Notes under the pieces: generated by a model
Databases searched by the model: none
Told to the model about the DNA's origin: nothing
What the model saw: only the letters and a program-made list of their open reading frames with translations
Position numbers and translations under genes: made by a program
DNA from: Cenococcum geophilum
Lineage: Eukaryota
Assembly: GCA_050273025.1 (NCBI GenBank)
Contig: CP158635.1
Span: 25,358,001-25,422,000, forward strand
Reading direction: 5' to 3'
DNA: 64,000 nt
Shown here: in pieces, positions 49,751-64,000 of the stretch
Layout: the number at the start of each line of letters is the position of its first letter
Position numbering within the stretch: position 1 is the first letter of the stretch

Positions 49751-51981
49751 AATTATAGTATAGTTATCCTATTCCTTAAAATACTTAGGATAAGTATTAA
49801 TGCCTACCGCTATTTGCTATATAGTAATATCCCGCTTATAGACCTTAGTTTCTATTAAGTATATATAGCAGTAAAGGATAATAGGAAATTTAGTGGGATA
49901 GCCTTATATAATTAGTGCCTTATAGTCCTCTATAAGCGCATTATTAATCGTCTTAGCTAGTATATCTAGTTAGTAATTAAGCGGCAATAGGACCTAGATT
50001 CTAGTAGGATCCTACTAGGGCAACCTAAGTTAATACTAGTATTATACTAAGATAGTTAGGAAGGTTAATTTCCTAATACTACTAGAGCCTTATATTAGTA
50101 AAATACCGCCTATTATATATTTAAGCGCAGTATAGGTACCCGTTTACTCTTTATTAAGTAGTAGTAAGATAGCCTTAAGGGTATTATTAACTAAGTTCTT
50201 CCTATACTTAGCGATATTATAGTTAAAGTAATTAATATATAGGAGATCTGTAAAGTTGTTAAATAGCGCAATTTGGCGCTTAATATAGAAACTATTGCCT
50301 CCTTACTATAGGTAGCGTAGAGTATTAATCTCTTAGGAGATTCTAACCTTAGGGATACGCTTAGTTATAAGATATTTAATACCCTATACCGTAATTAGGG
50401 CCTTACTTAGGTTACTAACTATTATTAAGTTATTACTACTTAGGATATGCTCTAGAGCGAATATAGGGTTTAGTATAAACTTATAACCTATCTATAGTTA
50501 AAAGATAAAAGTATAGTAGTTATAGCCGGAGCTAAAGGGAGTAGTATTAATAATAACTCCTTTCTAGCTAGCCTAGCTATTTATATCTTTACCTAGGAAT
50601 AAGATATTAATAATAGAGTTAGTATAAAGGGTAAGACCATTAACTATCTAGGTAGTAGCGTAGTAGACTTAGTCTGCGCTACCTAGGAAGGTAATAAGAT
50701 AAATAATAGTAGGTACCTAGGGTTTTTAATTAATGGCCTTAAGGCTTATAACTGCGGTATAGAACTAGACCGTAAAATACTTAAGAACGCTATTAAACTA
50801 ATATCTTACGGGGATTTTATATAATAGTTAGTCCTCTACTAAGAGCTGCATACTAAGCTAGATATTTATATTATAGTTCTTCTACTAGCGACCTAAAGGA
50901 TTATTAACGCTCTGCTATTATAGGCTCGTATTTAGGCTTGCGATATAACTATTAAGCTATTTAGTGCCTAGCGTAAAGAAGTAGATAATAACCATAGGAC
51001 TATTTAATAGCATATCCTAAGCTTTATAGATTTACGGCGTAAATAGGCCGAAGTCCCCATTGACAAAGAAGTACTTACTAAGTAATATACGCGTACCTAG
51101 TATAAGTTTATTAGAGGCGATAACAAACCTAATATAGTAAAGTTATAGGGTTATAGTATCTTATAGGAGAATACGAGTAAGATACTTAAGTATAGTTAGA
51201 TATAATAGTCGTTAAGTAACCAGAGAAGTAGTATTAGTAGTATTAACCTTAATATTACCGGTAATATTAGCATCTATAAATTAGATAGACGCTATCTTAT
51301 ATAAATAATAAGTAGGTATTCTACTAGTCTTATAAGACACCTAGAATGTAATACTATATACTATAATATACTCTTTAATAATTTATATAACAAACTAAAC
51401 TATAAGGTAGTTATTATTTAAAAGCTAGAGTATATTTAAAGGTTTAGCTATTATAGAATCGCTATCCTCTATATAGGTGTTTAGATTATCTACTAGGCTA
51501 TCTACTACTAGATAGAAGCTGGCTATATTAAAAGGTTTAGGCGATAGAGAGGTAGTAGCTATACTTAAAGCGGTAGTACCTAGTATATCTAGCTTACCCG
51601 GAGCGGTTATAGCGTCTAATACCTAAATTAAAGTAGGTTTACTTATACAATTATTAATATTATACCCTATAACTCTATAGTTCTTATATACCTAACTATA
51701 GAAAATAGTTTAATAGTCTAGGGAGCTATAGTTTAGGTAACTCTACTTCTTCTTATCTAATAGCTAGGGATAGTCTCGCTTTCTATAGCCTATAGCACTA
51801 TATTAGTTATATATTACACTAAAATAGTTACTCTTAAGATAACTGGCTTACCTATAATTATTATATATAGGGTTAGAGTAGTTAGCTTTTAGATAACCGG
51901 CCTTACTATAGCTGCGATAAAGTTAAGAAGCTTTCTTAAGAGGATAATTGGCGTATATATAGCCTGTAGATAGATAGAGAT

Positions 51982-54900
51982 TATCACGAAGTGAGTATAA
52001 GCGACGATAATATATAGCAAGGTAGATATTATTAAGCTATATACATAAACTGTGTGAGGAGGTCAAGACGTTGCGTAAGGAAAGAAGGTAGGGAAACGGG
52101 AAGAAAGGGCATATATTGTTGACTTGGTTGCTTAGTTAACACATGTATAAGCAGAATAGGGTTCAGGTCATAGTCCTGGCAGAACTTGGCAGAATTTAGT
52201 GGAACTTGGCAGAATATAGCAGAATGCCGTAGATTGCCATTAGATTGCCATTAGATTGCCGTTAGATTACCATTTCGCAGTTAGTCTCTAATTGCTGAGT
52301 TAGTAGAAATAGGTAAACGTGTGCAAGGTGTTACGGGGGTGTCCCGTAATAGTACCCCCCCTTTAAACTCGAGCTTCTGCGAGATAGGGCTGTAGTAGTT
52401 CTGGGTAGAGTTTGTAAAAGTCTTCTGCGGCTTATATAAGTCCTATAGAGTTAACGGGTTCCTATAAGGACTTGGTAAAGCCTTTCTATTTCATAAGATA
52501 TATATATTAGCGTTTCCGTTTATTATACTTAATATTATTAATTCTTTTAATAAAGTACTCGTTCTCACCATCCACTTTAACTAGTAGGGGAGGGTCTTAT
52601 ATTTGTTTAGGCAGGACGTCTAATATAGGGGCAGCAGGGCGGAGGACTGATGTATAGAATATAGGGTGGATTTTAACCGTATCAGGGAGCTTTAATTGGT
52701 AGGTATAAGGAGAGATAACCTTTTCAACCTTATAAGGGCCAGCGTTCTTCTAATTAAGTTTCTTAGTGGGTCGTTTCGTATTTAGATTTCTTATATCTAG
52801 CCAAACAAAATTACCAATTTGGTAAACCGGTGCTAGGGTTTGTTTCTTATTCGCTGCGGCTTTATAGATAGATTGAGCCCATATTATCTTATTAGTAAGG
52901 AACTATTATAGTTCCTCCATCTTCTCTACAAATTTATTTACTTCTGTGACTTATAAGGCGTAATAAGCGGGGTAAGAAATATTACTAAAGGGTTTAAAAC
53001 CTATTTATAGGTGCTGGCCGTAATTAGCTAAAAACAGGGAGACTTTCGTAGTTTCCGAGACAGAGTTATTTATAGTAAACTTAGCGAATACAAGCTAGTT
53101 AATCCAGTCATCCTGTAAATACGACGTGTATATCTAAATATACTATTTTATTATAGCATTTACGCGTTCCGTTTAGCTATCTGTTTTTAGGTAATACGCG
53201 GTAAATAACAGTGCTTTAATGCGGAGTTAAGTAGTTAGTTCTTTCCAGAATGCTAAGATAAACTAGCTACCTTTATTAGAGATTATCGTTTCGGGGAGTC
53301 CGTAGAGTTTCTATATATAATCTAGGAATAGTTAGGTAACGGCAGGCGTTAATATATTAGGGTAGGCAATTAAGTATCTTATTTTAGATAGTTGGTTTAT
53401 AACTACTATAATATTTATACAGCCTCTACTTTTAGGAAGGTTAACAACAAAGTCAATTAAGATATCCTTCTATCTTCAGTCTAGAATAGGCAGCGGCTTT
53501 AAAAGACCGTTATACGTCTCATACAAGGCTTTAGCTCATCGGCAGGTGTAGCAGCTAAAGACGTACCTTCATATTATATTATACATATTCGGCTAATAAT
53601 ACTCCCATTAAAGTAGTTCTAGGGTCTTTCCTTAGCCCGGGTAGCCAGCGATAGGTAGATTGTGTATATATTTAAGGAGTTTAAGCTTAAGCTTATTGTA
53701 ATTAGGGATAACTAGATAGTTCTAGTAATATAAGCGGTTTCTATAGGCTTCGTATTTACTTAGAGAAATCTTTTTAAAGCGTCTAATACCATCTTACATT
53801 AGCTTAAGCGTCTCTTAGATAAACTTATTATTTAAGTATTCGTTAACTATAATCTATTTAATCGATCAATTAGTTATTTTAAGGACGTGTACTATAAGAT
53901 CTTTAATAGGAGGGTTGAATAGTTTAGGGCGAAGCAGGGTCTGATTTTAGTAAGAGCGCGCTTCTTCCAAGGCTAGCGCGTCTTGCGAGCATCAGGTTAG
54001 GGCATCAGGCTTCTAGCCTTAAACGCCTAAGCGGTACGTAATTAAGAATCGGAAACGAGACAGATATTCTAACCAGTAGGCCTAACGATAACTTAGCTGT
54101 TTTATAGTTATAAAGTACTACAGGTTCTTATAGTCGCTAAGGACCTTAATTAGAAATCCAGCGCCTTCTAGTTCGGGTCACCATTATTTAAAACATCTAA
54201 TAATAGCTAATAATTCCTTATCATAGATCTCGTAGTTACATTTAGCTGGGCTTAGTCATTTTAAGAAGTATACTATAGGGTACAATACTCTATCCTCGTT
54301 ATATTAAAACAGGATGCCTCTAGTAACGTAGTTAGATAAGTCGGCTTCTATAACACTTATTTAGTTTAGGTTAAAGTATTAGAGCACAGACGCAGTAGTA
54401 AATATAACCTTTAGATAGGCAAAGGCCTTCTTACATTCCTTATTAAAGACAAAGACTTTATCCTTTTAGGTTATAGCTATAAGGGGTAAAACTAGGGCGG
54501 AGAAGTTATCAATAAACTATTAGTAGAAATTAGCAAATCCTATAAAGGCTCTTACGTCCTTAACATTCTCAGGTTCTTACCAGTTTATAATTACTTTAAC
54601 TTTCTTTAGGTCTATTTATATACCGTTTATAGAAATAAGGAGTCTAAGGTATAGGACTTCCGTTTTATAAAACTCGCATTTATCTACATCCAATTATAGA
54701 CCAGCTTTATATAGGGCTTATAGGATAAGGTTAACGTATTTCTAATATTTGGTTAGGTTATTACTATATATCAGGATGTCGTCAATATAAGCAGTACAGA
54801 AGATGTCCAGGTAGGGGCGCAGGGTGTTATTTATATAATGTTAAAACGAGCTCGGAGCGTTTATGAGGCCAAAAGGTGTTACTAAATACTTAAATAGTCC

Positions 54901-57900
54901 ATATCGGGTACGAAATGCAGTAAGCCATTTATCCCCTTTTATAATGCGGAGACGGTTAAATGCAGAGATAATATCGAGCTTCGTGTAGTAACAAGCCTTA
55001 CTTAGTTGGTTTAGCGTCTCTTGTATTAACAGGATCAGATATTAGTTCTTAACGGTAACGGCATTAAGAGCTTAGTAGTCTATATAGAAGCGTAGACCGC
55101 TACTAGGTTTCTTAACAAAGATCACTAGTACGGCTATAGGCGACAAGCTTACTCTAATAAATCCTTTGCTTAGGTTCTCGTCTAAATACTTTTATAGCAC
55201 TTAGAGTTCATTTTAGGATATTCCGTATAAGGGTCCAAATCCAGGCTACTTTCCTTCTTTAAGTATAATCTTATAGTCGTATAGTCGGTATTCTAGTAGC
55301 TTATTAGCTTCCTTTTATAAGAATGCATCTAGGCGATAATAATACTCTATTAGTACCTTTATAGTAGGGTTAGTATACTTCTTTAGTGCTAAGGCCTTCT
55401 TAATATCGGCTATTATAATAGCGAAGATTATATACTTGGGTTTCTTAGCAAGTTACGCTAGTAGGGTAGCTCTAATTATATAAATATCCAGGGTGCCGAG
55501 CTCGCTTAGATTGTCCATAGTTTCTTATTTAGGTTTAGGTTCGGTATTAGGTACAGAGTTAGTATTAGATTTAGGTTCAGGTTCTTTAAGAATCCTTTTT
55601 ATAGTGGAATACTAATCCTTCTAGTATTTTCATATATAGAGCTTAAGCTTTTACTTAGCTTAGGGCGGTGTAGTGCTTAGTAATAACTTATAGAATTTAG
55701 TGGAGTTTTTAGATCCTTAGTAGATATCGGTGGAATTCTTACATTAGTAAAATTTAGTAGAATTCCTAGGTTAGTGGAATCTGGTAGATTCCTCAGGTAC
55801 AGAGTAAACAGTTATAGAAATTTTAGACTAGTAGATTGTGGTGGATTTTTTGGATTTTAGTTCTAGGTTTAAGCAGTAAGTAATAAGGCACTTCTACTTA
55901 TAATAGAAGGCGGTAAATAAAAGCTTAAGGTTATCCTAATCAATAGTTACCTTATATAGCTTTATTTAGGGTTATCTAAGGATCACTAAGTAACCCAGGG
56001 TAGTAATGAAAAGTTTAATTAATTCTTTATGGTTTAGGTATCGGAGTTTTAGGAATACTACGTAGGTAATACGGCCTAAGATAGTACGTTTGCTATTAAA
56101 TCTAAATACGTTAATATGCTAGTTAAGGGGGGTTAGGGTAAAACTATTATTTTATATAAAGATTTTATTAATAAATCCTATGCCGCTAGCTCCTATATTA
56201 ATTAGGATTTAAGCATTAGCCTATTAACCATTCTGCCGAAGACGGTAGTTAATAGTTATGCTATAGTCCTAAGAGTCGGAGTTCGTAACGTTAAATGTGT
56301 TTAATGAGATCCTATGGCAGAGCTGTCCTAAAGAGCGACTTAGCTCTAAAACCTTCCTTTTAGAGGTAATTAGGGTAGGGTTCTTATAGGACGTTGGCTG
56401 TAGCTTTATCCTTATAAATAGTGCTTACTAAATACAGGACTGGAACTAGGTAGAGATTAGGGACAGTAACCGGAAGATTAATGCGGTAAACAGCTGCTAG
56501 TATTAGCCGTTTATAATTCATATTTAGGTATAGGGACGGAGTAGTAGTTAGAGAGGTAAGAGCTACTTCTATATTTAAAGCAGAGGCCTAGCTTAATACG
56601 TTATTCTTGTTTAGAGGACCCTAATAGGGCGTACCCTAGGGTCCTAGTATTAATATCCATAGCGTTAGGGTGCTTAGGCTAAGACAATAACTTAGTAGAC
56701 GTTCACGAGGTTACCGTATTATATTGTGAAGCGGGCTTTAGTATCAGGCGTAGTATATCATTATATTATTTGTTAATAACGTTTATATAGGCATTAAGGG
56801 CTCCCAGTAGGTCTACGCCTATTAGGGAGGTTTTTAGTTTAGGGCTTAGGGATTTAATAAGGCTGTTAATTAGTACGGAGTCGTTCCAGCCTATTTCCTT
56901 TGCATAATAGTTAAATTCGGAGAAGTATACTAGGAAACTTTTCATTTCTTAAGTTATATAGTTTATCATTCTTTAAGCAGTAGCTTAACGGTTTAGGTCA
57001 CTATATATAGCTTTAAGAAGTACAACTAGGCTTTATACTAAGTTTAGCTAAAGCGGTTTAATAAAGTTAGCTATATCTCCTCCTAGTCAACTTAGGGCGT
57101 AACAGAGTTAGTTAGCTTTAGTTAGGTAACAGTTAGCGTTACCAGTTAGCTTATTTTTAAGCTAGCTTAGAAATAATTAGAGCTCTTATTATTTACTAAT
57201 AAATACCAGGGGATCTAGTAGTCGTTTAGATTGTTTTAGTATAGTAGTCGGCTTAGGGTAAGTAGCTACTACAGGTTCGGGGCTCGCGTTCCGCGTATTT
57301 ATCTCTAAAGATAGCGTTTAGTCTTAAGGTCCTAGCATAGGCATCTTAAGGGCGCAGACTTCTTCTTAGAGGTCCTTAATTAATTACTAGTATCGTGCTT
57401 CTTATTCGGCTTATTATTAGTTTAAAGTAGCTTAGTTCTATTTAAGGGCGTCTATAAAAGACTTTTATATCCCTACTAATTATTTTTAGAGTGCGGATAT
57501 AATGCCGGTGGCTATTATAGGGGCTTCGGGTTTGTTCTGCATATTAATAGTAGTGTAGGTGGTTAACGCAATATAGTGTCACGGAGTAAGTATAAGCAAT
57601 GATAATATATAGTAAGGTAGATATTATTAAGCTATATATATAAACTGTGTAAGGAGGTCAAGACATTACGTAAGGAAAAAAGGTAGGGAAACGGGAAGAA
57701 AGGGCATATATTGTTAACTTAGTTGCTTAGTTAATACATACATAGGTAGAATAGGGTTTAGGTTATAGTCCTAGCAGAACTTGGCAGAATTTAATAGAAC
57801 TTAGCAGAATATAGCAGAATGCCGTAGATTGCCGTTAGATTGCCATTAGATTGCTATCAGATTGCTATTTCGCGGTTAGTCTCTAATTGCTAAGTTGGTT

Positions 57901-57946
57901 AAAATAGGTAGATATGTGCAAGGTGTTACGGGGGTGTCCCGTGACA
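51982..57946 (-). mobile_element. Ty3/Gypsy chromovirus D, full length, RIPed
   Basis: 370-bp LTRs 51982-52351 and 57577-57946; [19 protein letters not shown] (~54765-54795), RNase H NYEIYDKELLAI, integrase, chromodomain DGENEYFI...WKGF...WEP (~52455-52570), PPT at 52352-52366. Confidence 0.95.
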
Positions 57947-59291
57947 GAGATAGTATTTTAGAGCGTTATTAGCTAAGAGGTATAGACTGCTAAGCTCTAA
58001 AAGAAGAGGCTTATTAAGTATAGGGCCCTTACTATTACCTTATAAGATACTAGAGCCTATAGCCGCTATAGTTAAGGCAATCTTAAAAACTATAACGCCC
58101 TTAGTAAACTTTTTATAGTTATAGTTGTAGTTAATATTACGAGTTATAAAATAATTAGTAGGTAGGTCTATTTTAGTAGTAGGCTATATTAAGTAGTAGT
58201 TTATATAAACGTATTAGTAAATATAGATTCTCTATTATATAGCTAAGGCTAAAGATAAGGTAGCTAACTTACTATATTATAAGGCTCTATAGCTTAGATA
58301 GATTTATAGAGGCACTAGTTATAGAGGTAGATACTAGTAAGGTAGGAGTAAGGGTAGGTAGTTAATAGAGTTAGGTTAACTAGTAAAGGTAAGGAGATAA
58401 GGCGCGCCCTAATAAAATTATATAAGTAACGCCTTAGCGGCAAAGTATACGGTTATATACTCTATAGGTTAAACGCGTATAAGGGCGAATCTATAGTAAT
58501 AAGACTAACTTATAGAGGAAGACGCGGTATAGTATAAGTTATAGGGACTACCCTACCTAGCCTATCTCTTAATATAGGCTAGGCAATAGTCTAGTACTAT
58601 TAAGCTCTTATAGTTTATAATACGAGTATATAGATATATAGAAGGGTAAGGGAAAAGAGAAGTAAGTAGTAAAGTAAAAGTACTTTACTATAGGTAGGCT
58701 AATTACGTTATAGGTAAACGGAAACTCTAATACTATAATCTATTAAAAATATTACTAATAAGCACAGCCTACTACTACTAGAAAGTATAAGTCTTTTCCT
58801 CCCTTAATTAGTAAGAGAAAAGGTATTATTAGCTAAATAATCTCTTACTAAAGTACTAGGTAGGGAGTAGGATATTATAAGACTATATATAGTTCTAGAT
58901 AGATCTAAAATAAAGATATTAAATATAAGAGACTCTAATGTAATAAATGCTATAGTAGAATACTAACCTCTTATATAATACTAAATAGATAAATAGTAAG
59001 ATAAGTTAATATTACTAAATGGCTGGATACTAGGTATATATAATATATCTACTATTCTAAAATGCCCTAAAATACCCTAAAATACCCTAAAATACTATTA
59101 ATTATATAAACTTATAATATAAGATATAAAACCTCCTACTACCTTTTATAGTAGATATACGTTTAAATAAGTACTAGATATTTATATATAGATATAAATC
59201 TCGCGTACTAGATAATTATTATTCCGGATAGACTTACCTAGTAGGCCCTTAAGTGCTACATAGTGTAATAATAATACTAGTAATTACGAAG

Positions 59292-59615
59292 TAAGTGTAA
59301 TATATCACTGTCTACTAGAAGTACTACCTCTTATATACTAAGCACTTTATAGCAATAGAGTCCGCATATATAGACGTAGGCCAGCCCTCTAACTTTAGTG
59401 GCGCGTATATCTACTAACTTTGTATAATAATAAGAAATATAGTAACGCCTATAATAAGTGTAATATGTCGCTATCTACTAGAAATACTACTTATTATATA
59501 GTAAATACTTTATAGTAATAGAGTCCGTATATATAAACGCAGGCCGCCCTCTAACTCTGGCGGCGTATATATATACTAACTTTATATAATAATAAGAAAT
59601 ATAGTAACGCCCATA
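59292..59615. repeat. ~163-bp tandem duplication
   Basis: TAAGTGTAATAT.TC.CT.TCTACTAGAA...TAATAATAAGAAATATAGTAACGCC.ATAA twice in tandem. Confidence 0.8.
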
Positions 59616-59978
59616 ACCTCCTATATTCTACTATACTATAATAACTAGTTACCCCTCTATAGGCACTTAATAAATCGCTTATATTAAAAACTATAAGAGT
59701 TTAGTAGTACTAGACTACTACCTAGCCCTAAATAGGCTAGGTAGGGTAGTCCTTATAAGTTATATAATTATATCCTTATTTAACTATATAGTACTAAGTC
59801 TAGCTATATTTACCCTAACTAGTAGTAGTAAATAATAGCCAATTTCACCTCTATATAGGTACGTGCGGGTAATTATAAAATCTACCTCTTTACCTCTCCT
59901 TAATTTACTTTACTTACTCTACCTTCTATCTCTCTAATAACTAACCTCTAACTATATCTAATACTAGAGTTATACTAG

Positions 59979-62900
59979 TATAGCGCTAGCTAGCTACCGT
60001 ATAAAGCCCTCCTACTTTAATAGTTACCTTCTACTTAATATATACCGTAATATTATACATACCTAATTAAATAAGCGACTTAATAACAATATAACTATAG
60101 GTAAAGCTAGACGCGTAGTATAAGGCGAACCTAAAGCTAACTAAAGATATGGATATTACCTAAGGCTTTAGAATAAGTATTAAAAACTATAATAGACTAA
60201 AAGAGAGGGTTAAAGATATTGTAATTAAAGTTAAGCCTAAGTATGTAATATATTATAGTAACTCTATAATAATAAAAGAAGGATATATTAAGGAGTTTTA
60301 TAAGTAACTCCCGTAATTTACTAATACTCTACTAGATTAAAAACTATAGGTAATCCTAAAAATTATAGGAAGTGCTTATTCCAATTACGCGAGGAGGGTA
60401 CTAAAGAGTAGGTACGCTCTACGTAAATATATATTACCCCTAAAGACTAAAGTATAAGACGAGATAACGCTACCTTAGCTACTATATGCGATATAGCCTA
60501 TAGACGTTACCGCAACCCTACTATATAGTATCCCTTTGCCTTAGCTAGTAACCCTAATAGTAAGTAACGTAATTAATATAGGAGATATTAAGATTAAAAT
60601 CTAATCTATAGGCTTAACGGGTAAGTTAATAATTAGGGTAGTCTAAGTCTTATATCTAATAAGCGGAAACCTATATATAGCTCTAGGTAAGCTATAGGAG
60701 GAACTATAAGCCTATATAGAGCTTAATGTTAACGGTCCGCCTAAAAAGAATATCTATATATTGCTATAGAGATATAAAAACCTTATAATATAGTTGGAGG
60801 GTATACTTATTATAGCTTTTAGTGAAATAGTAAAAATAGGTATAAAGGAGGCCGTGCTTATAGTATTACTCTTACCTCCTAGCTTAAACTTCTAAGTCGC
60901 TACTACTAATAATATACCGCTAGCTATTAAATCTAAGGCGCCTAGATATAATAGACGTAGCGTAAAAGATAGCTAGTAAGTCCTAATGCCGCGTAAGGCT
61001 AGCGGTAAGAGTAAACTAGGAGAAGGTAAGAAGCGGAGTTATTTAGGATTAGTAGTATATAGCTCTAAGGAAGATAGTAAGGGCGAGCCTATTAGATATA
61101 AGAAATCGGATAATAGTAAGACTAAATTAGGTAGATATAATAAGTAGCCTTAACTAAGATTAGTAATAAGTGCCCTAGTAAAGGATAATAAAAGTAAGCT
61201 AGCTATATATAGGAAGTTAAATAGTTATAAGGCTAACCTAAATAGAAGTAGGAAGCGCCCTTAACTAGAATTAGTAGTAGGTACCCTTACGGAAAATAGC
61301 AATAATAAGCCGGTTATATATAGAAGGTAATTAGTAAAGAGAAGACGTAACCTATCTACCTATAAGCCTATATTAGCGAGTAATAGTAGTACTAGAGAAA
61401 TTGCCGTAGATAATAGTAAATTACTATAATCTATTACTAAACCTAAAGGTATATACTAGCCTAACGATATAATAGACGACCCTACTACTATATTACTAAC
61501 CGTTAATATCCCTTAAGATATTACCACAGAGGATAGCAAATTGCTATAATGTGCCGGTAGATATAATAACCAGTTCCTATATTATACTAACTCTAAGGAC
61601 GTAGAGAGTAGAGATAAAGATAAGGATTTAGTTAATAATAACGACTAAGACATAGATATAGAGGAAGAACTTAACTAGTAAACTTTCTTAGCCTAGCTCT
61701 ATAAGGCTAGGAAGGATAACCTAGATAGCGTACTAGCGTATATAATAGAGGCGGATCTTCTACTTACTCTAAAGTATTTCCTACTTATCTTATTAAAAGC
61801 ACTCTCTAAAACCGCCCTAATTAAACTCCCTAATTAGGGCCTTGTATTAGGCTTTAAATTTAGCCTATACTAAGTAGTATATATAGCTTAGGTATTTAAG
61901 TAAGAGAGGATAATTAAAGAAGGCGGTATCTATGTAGATAAACCTAGCGTAGGTAAGACTATATAAATAATTACTTAATAGCTAATAAACTACTTTTATT
62001 ATTAGAATATAATAGATATTTAAGAGGCCTAAGCCGCTGGGGACGTAACCCGCTACCTACCTAAGATATATCTACTAAATATAAAATGCCTATAGGTAGC
62101 AAAGCAGCTAATTATATACTACTGCGAAGATAACTTTAAGAAGCTATACCCTATAGACCCACAGCAAGGCTGCTTAGTTATCCTTATACTAACCCTAGGC
62201 CTACTAGGATTCCTAAAGGACGTAAGTATAATATTATAAGACGGCGCGATTATAAAGCGCCCTAACCCGCCCCGGATTATAATTCTCGCCCTTAGTTATA
62301 ATAAAGTTAAGATATTTAGTAAACTAAAAAAGGACAAATAGCCGCAAATCTGTAGGGCTTTTAAGTAGACTAATAAGGAATAATAGGAGAATAATAACAA
62401 TATATATCTAGTTAGTAAGACTCTCCTATTATACCTATAGGGTAAAGTAGGTTTAAGAATAATTATTACCTACCCCTAATATAATAGAACTATTAGCGCC
62501 GAGATACTTAATCTAATTCCTTCTAATTACTACGCGAAATTATATTACTACACGACTAATACGCGGGTTTATTACTATATAAACTAGTATATAGAAATTA
62601 ATAAATGGCTAAACCCCTAAATTATATTAGAAATTAAAGAGTGTAATATAGGTTAGGTATATCCTCTAGGATGAATACTACCTAGACGTAACCGGTAGAG
62701 TCTTAATATTATTTATTAAGGATATAGTTAAGGAGTACTATATTATGTATAATCGCAGCCCTACTATATAGGGTATATCTAGTACGCCTAATAATAGGAA
62801 CCTAATATAACTAATACGGTTTATTATAGTAGGATTAAAGAGGCTAGAGTAGGAAGAAGTAGATAAGCTAAAGGGAATAGAGTTTAAAGTACTGCTTAAG

Positions 62901-64000
62901 CTTAAAGAAGAAAACATCTAGCTAAAGAAGAAGGAATTTAACCGTCTCTATAAGGATGCAAAGACTAACCTAGCTAAAGCAATAGTAGATAAAAAATTCG
63001 GCGAACTAGCTATATTTTTCCGTATAGTTATTCTAACGTTTTAGATATATAGAGGGGAGTTAACGCTTTAGTTTAACTAGCAAAAGCTTATCCTAAAGAA
63101 TAGCTATCTTAAATTAGTTATATTATAGGCCGACTCTAATAATACTAAGGCGGCTATAATTATAGCTATAGAGGACTAAGTAAGGATAGAGCAGAGGCGC
63201 TAATATAAGGAACTTCTGGCTATATAGGAGGAAGATAGTAGCGATCTAAATACTAAACCTAAGATACTAAAACTTACCTAAGCCGAGTTATACACTAACG
63301 CGAAAATGGTAGTAAGTGTAGCCTAGGTTATCTAATACTGGGACTAGTAAGCCCCTATAATAATTAAGTCCGATAAGTCTAATAAGTCTAATAATAAACG
63401 CCTAAAAACTTAGAGTTGTATACTTAAGGACCTAATCGTTACTAAGTAAACTACTAACCCGCTTAGTAAGGAGTTCGCTAATATACTTAACCGCTATTTT
63501 TAATAGAATATAAAGTTCTTTAAAGCTAAAAAAATCTATAATTACGTTTATATCGAAAAACGGACGGATAGTTTAGCGTGTAAGATTATTATTACTACTC
63601 GCTTACCTCTTATACTGGCTTATTAGTTTAATAGGCTATATAAAGAATATAGTAAAGATAAGGTGCTCTACTATATAGCTAGTATGTCTAATATTAAGAA
63701 GGCTAAGGCTAGGTAAACCTTTAACACTAATAACTCTAAGTAGATCCTACTTTGCACCTTTATATTAATTAGGCTGTCTATTAACCTATAGCGCGTAAAT
63801 TACACTATTATAGTTGAGCTAAGCTATAAGCTCTTAGAGGTAAAGCAACTATTTGCTTAGATAGATTAACGAGGATAGACTAAGCCTATCTACTATAGTA
63901 CTATTATAGCTAATTAGAAGTCGAGTATTAAGTAGAGGATATTAAAGTTAACTAAATTTATATTGTTACTATAGAAGTTGGTGTATAAGGAGAAGGCTAA
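59979..64000 (+). pseudogene. RIPed SNF2/SWI2-like SF2 ATPase with long N-terminal extension, runs off the window
   Basis: De-RIPed motif I GGIYADEPGVGKT (61922-61960) and C-terminal ILLCT...IGLSINLQRANHTIMVE......KQLFARMDRRGQTKP (~63740-63890). Start position approximate. Confidence 0.75.

Noticed and set aside
59058..59095. Telomere-like repeat (AAATACCCTA)n
   Set aside because: 10-bp unit, three copies, not the CCCTAA hexamer array.
1..64000. Starship element or alternative genetic code
   Set aside because: No DUF3435 tyrosine recombinase recognised; the many TAA/TAG stops sit at Gln/Trp/Arg positions only in repeats, as expected from RIP, while the effector ORFs read normally.

Overview
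Fungal (filamentous ascomycete, very likely plant-associated) accessory chromatin. Most of the window is AT-rich and saturated with RIP-type CpA>TpA/TpG>TpA transitions, so nearly all transposon and cargo ORFs are dead and had to be read by mentally reverting RIP. 1-23.2 kb: a RIPed DUF3638/DUF3645-type gene split by a nested stack with intact target-site duplications (hAT > chromovirus Gypsy > hAT > MITE > sister Gypsy, plus a 567-bp TRIM). 23.4-29 kb: an intact island of four intronless secreted Cys-rich effector genes: a SIX1/Avr3 (FOLD) homologue, an Ecp11-1/AvrLm3-like LARS homologue and two paralogous LARS-like genes, one of them head-to-head with the SIX1 homologue. 29.3-64 kb: a truncated hAT followed by a long RIPed tract with a Plavaka-type transposase, several unknown ORFs and an SNF2-like ATPase, interrupted by two more Gypsy elements, solo LTRs and foldback MITEs. 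Most interesting: the LARS+FOLD effector cluster and divergent pair, a TRIM with a tRNA-like (A box/B box) fold overlapping a self-priming PBS, an antisense Zn2Cys6-like ORF in two Gypsy copies, and a possible giant Plavaka element with SNF2 cargo. Family assignments rest on motifs recalled from known proteins, not on database searches; boundaries of RIPed ORFs are approximate.
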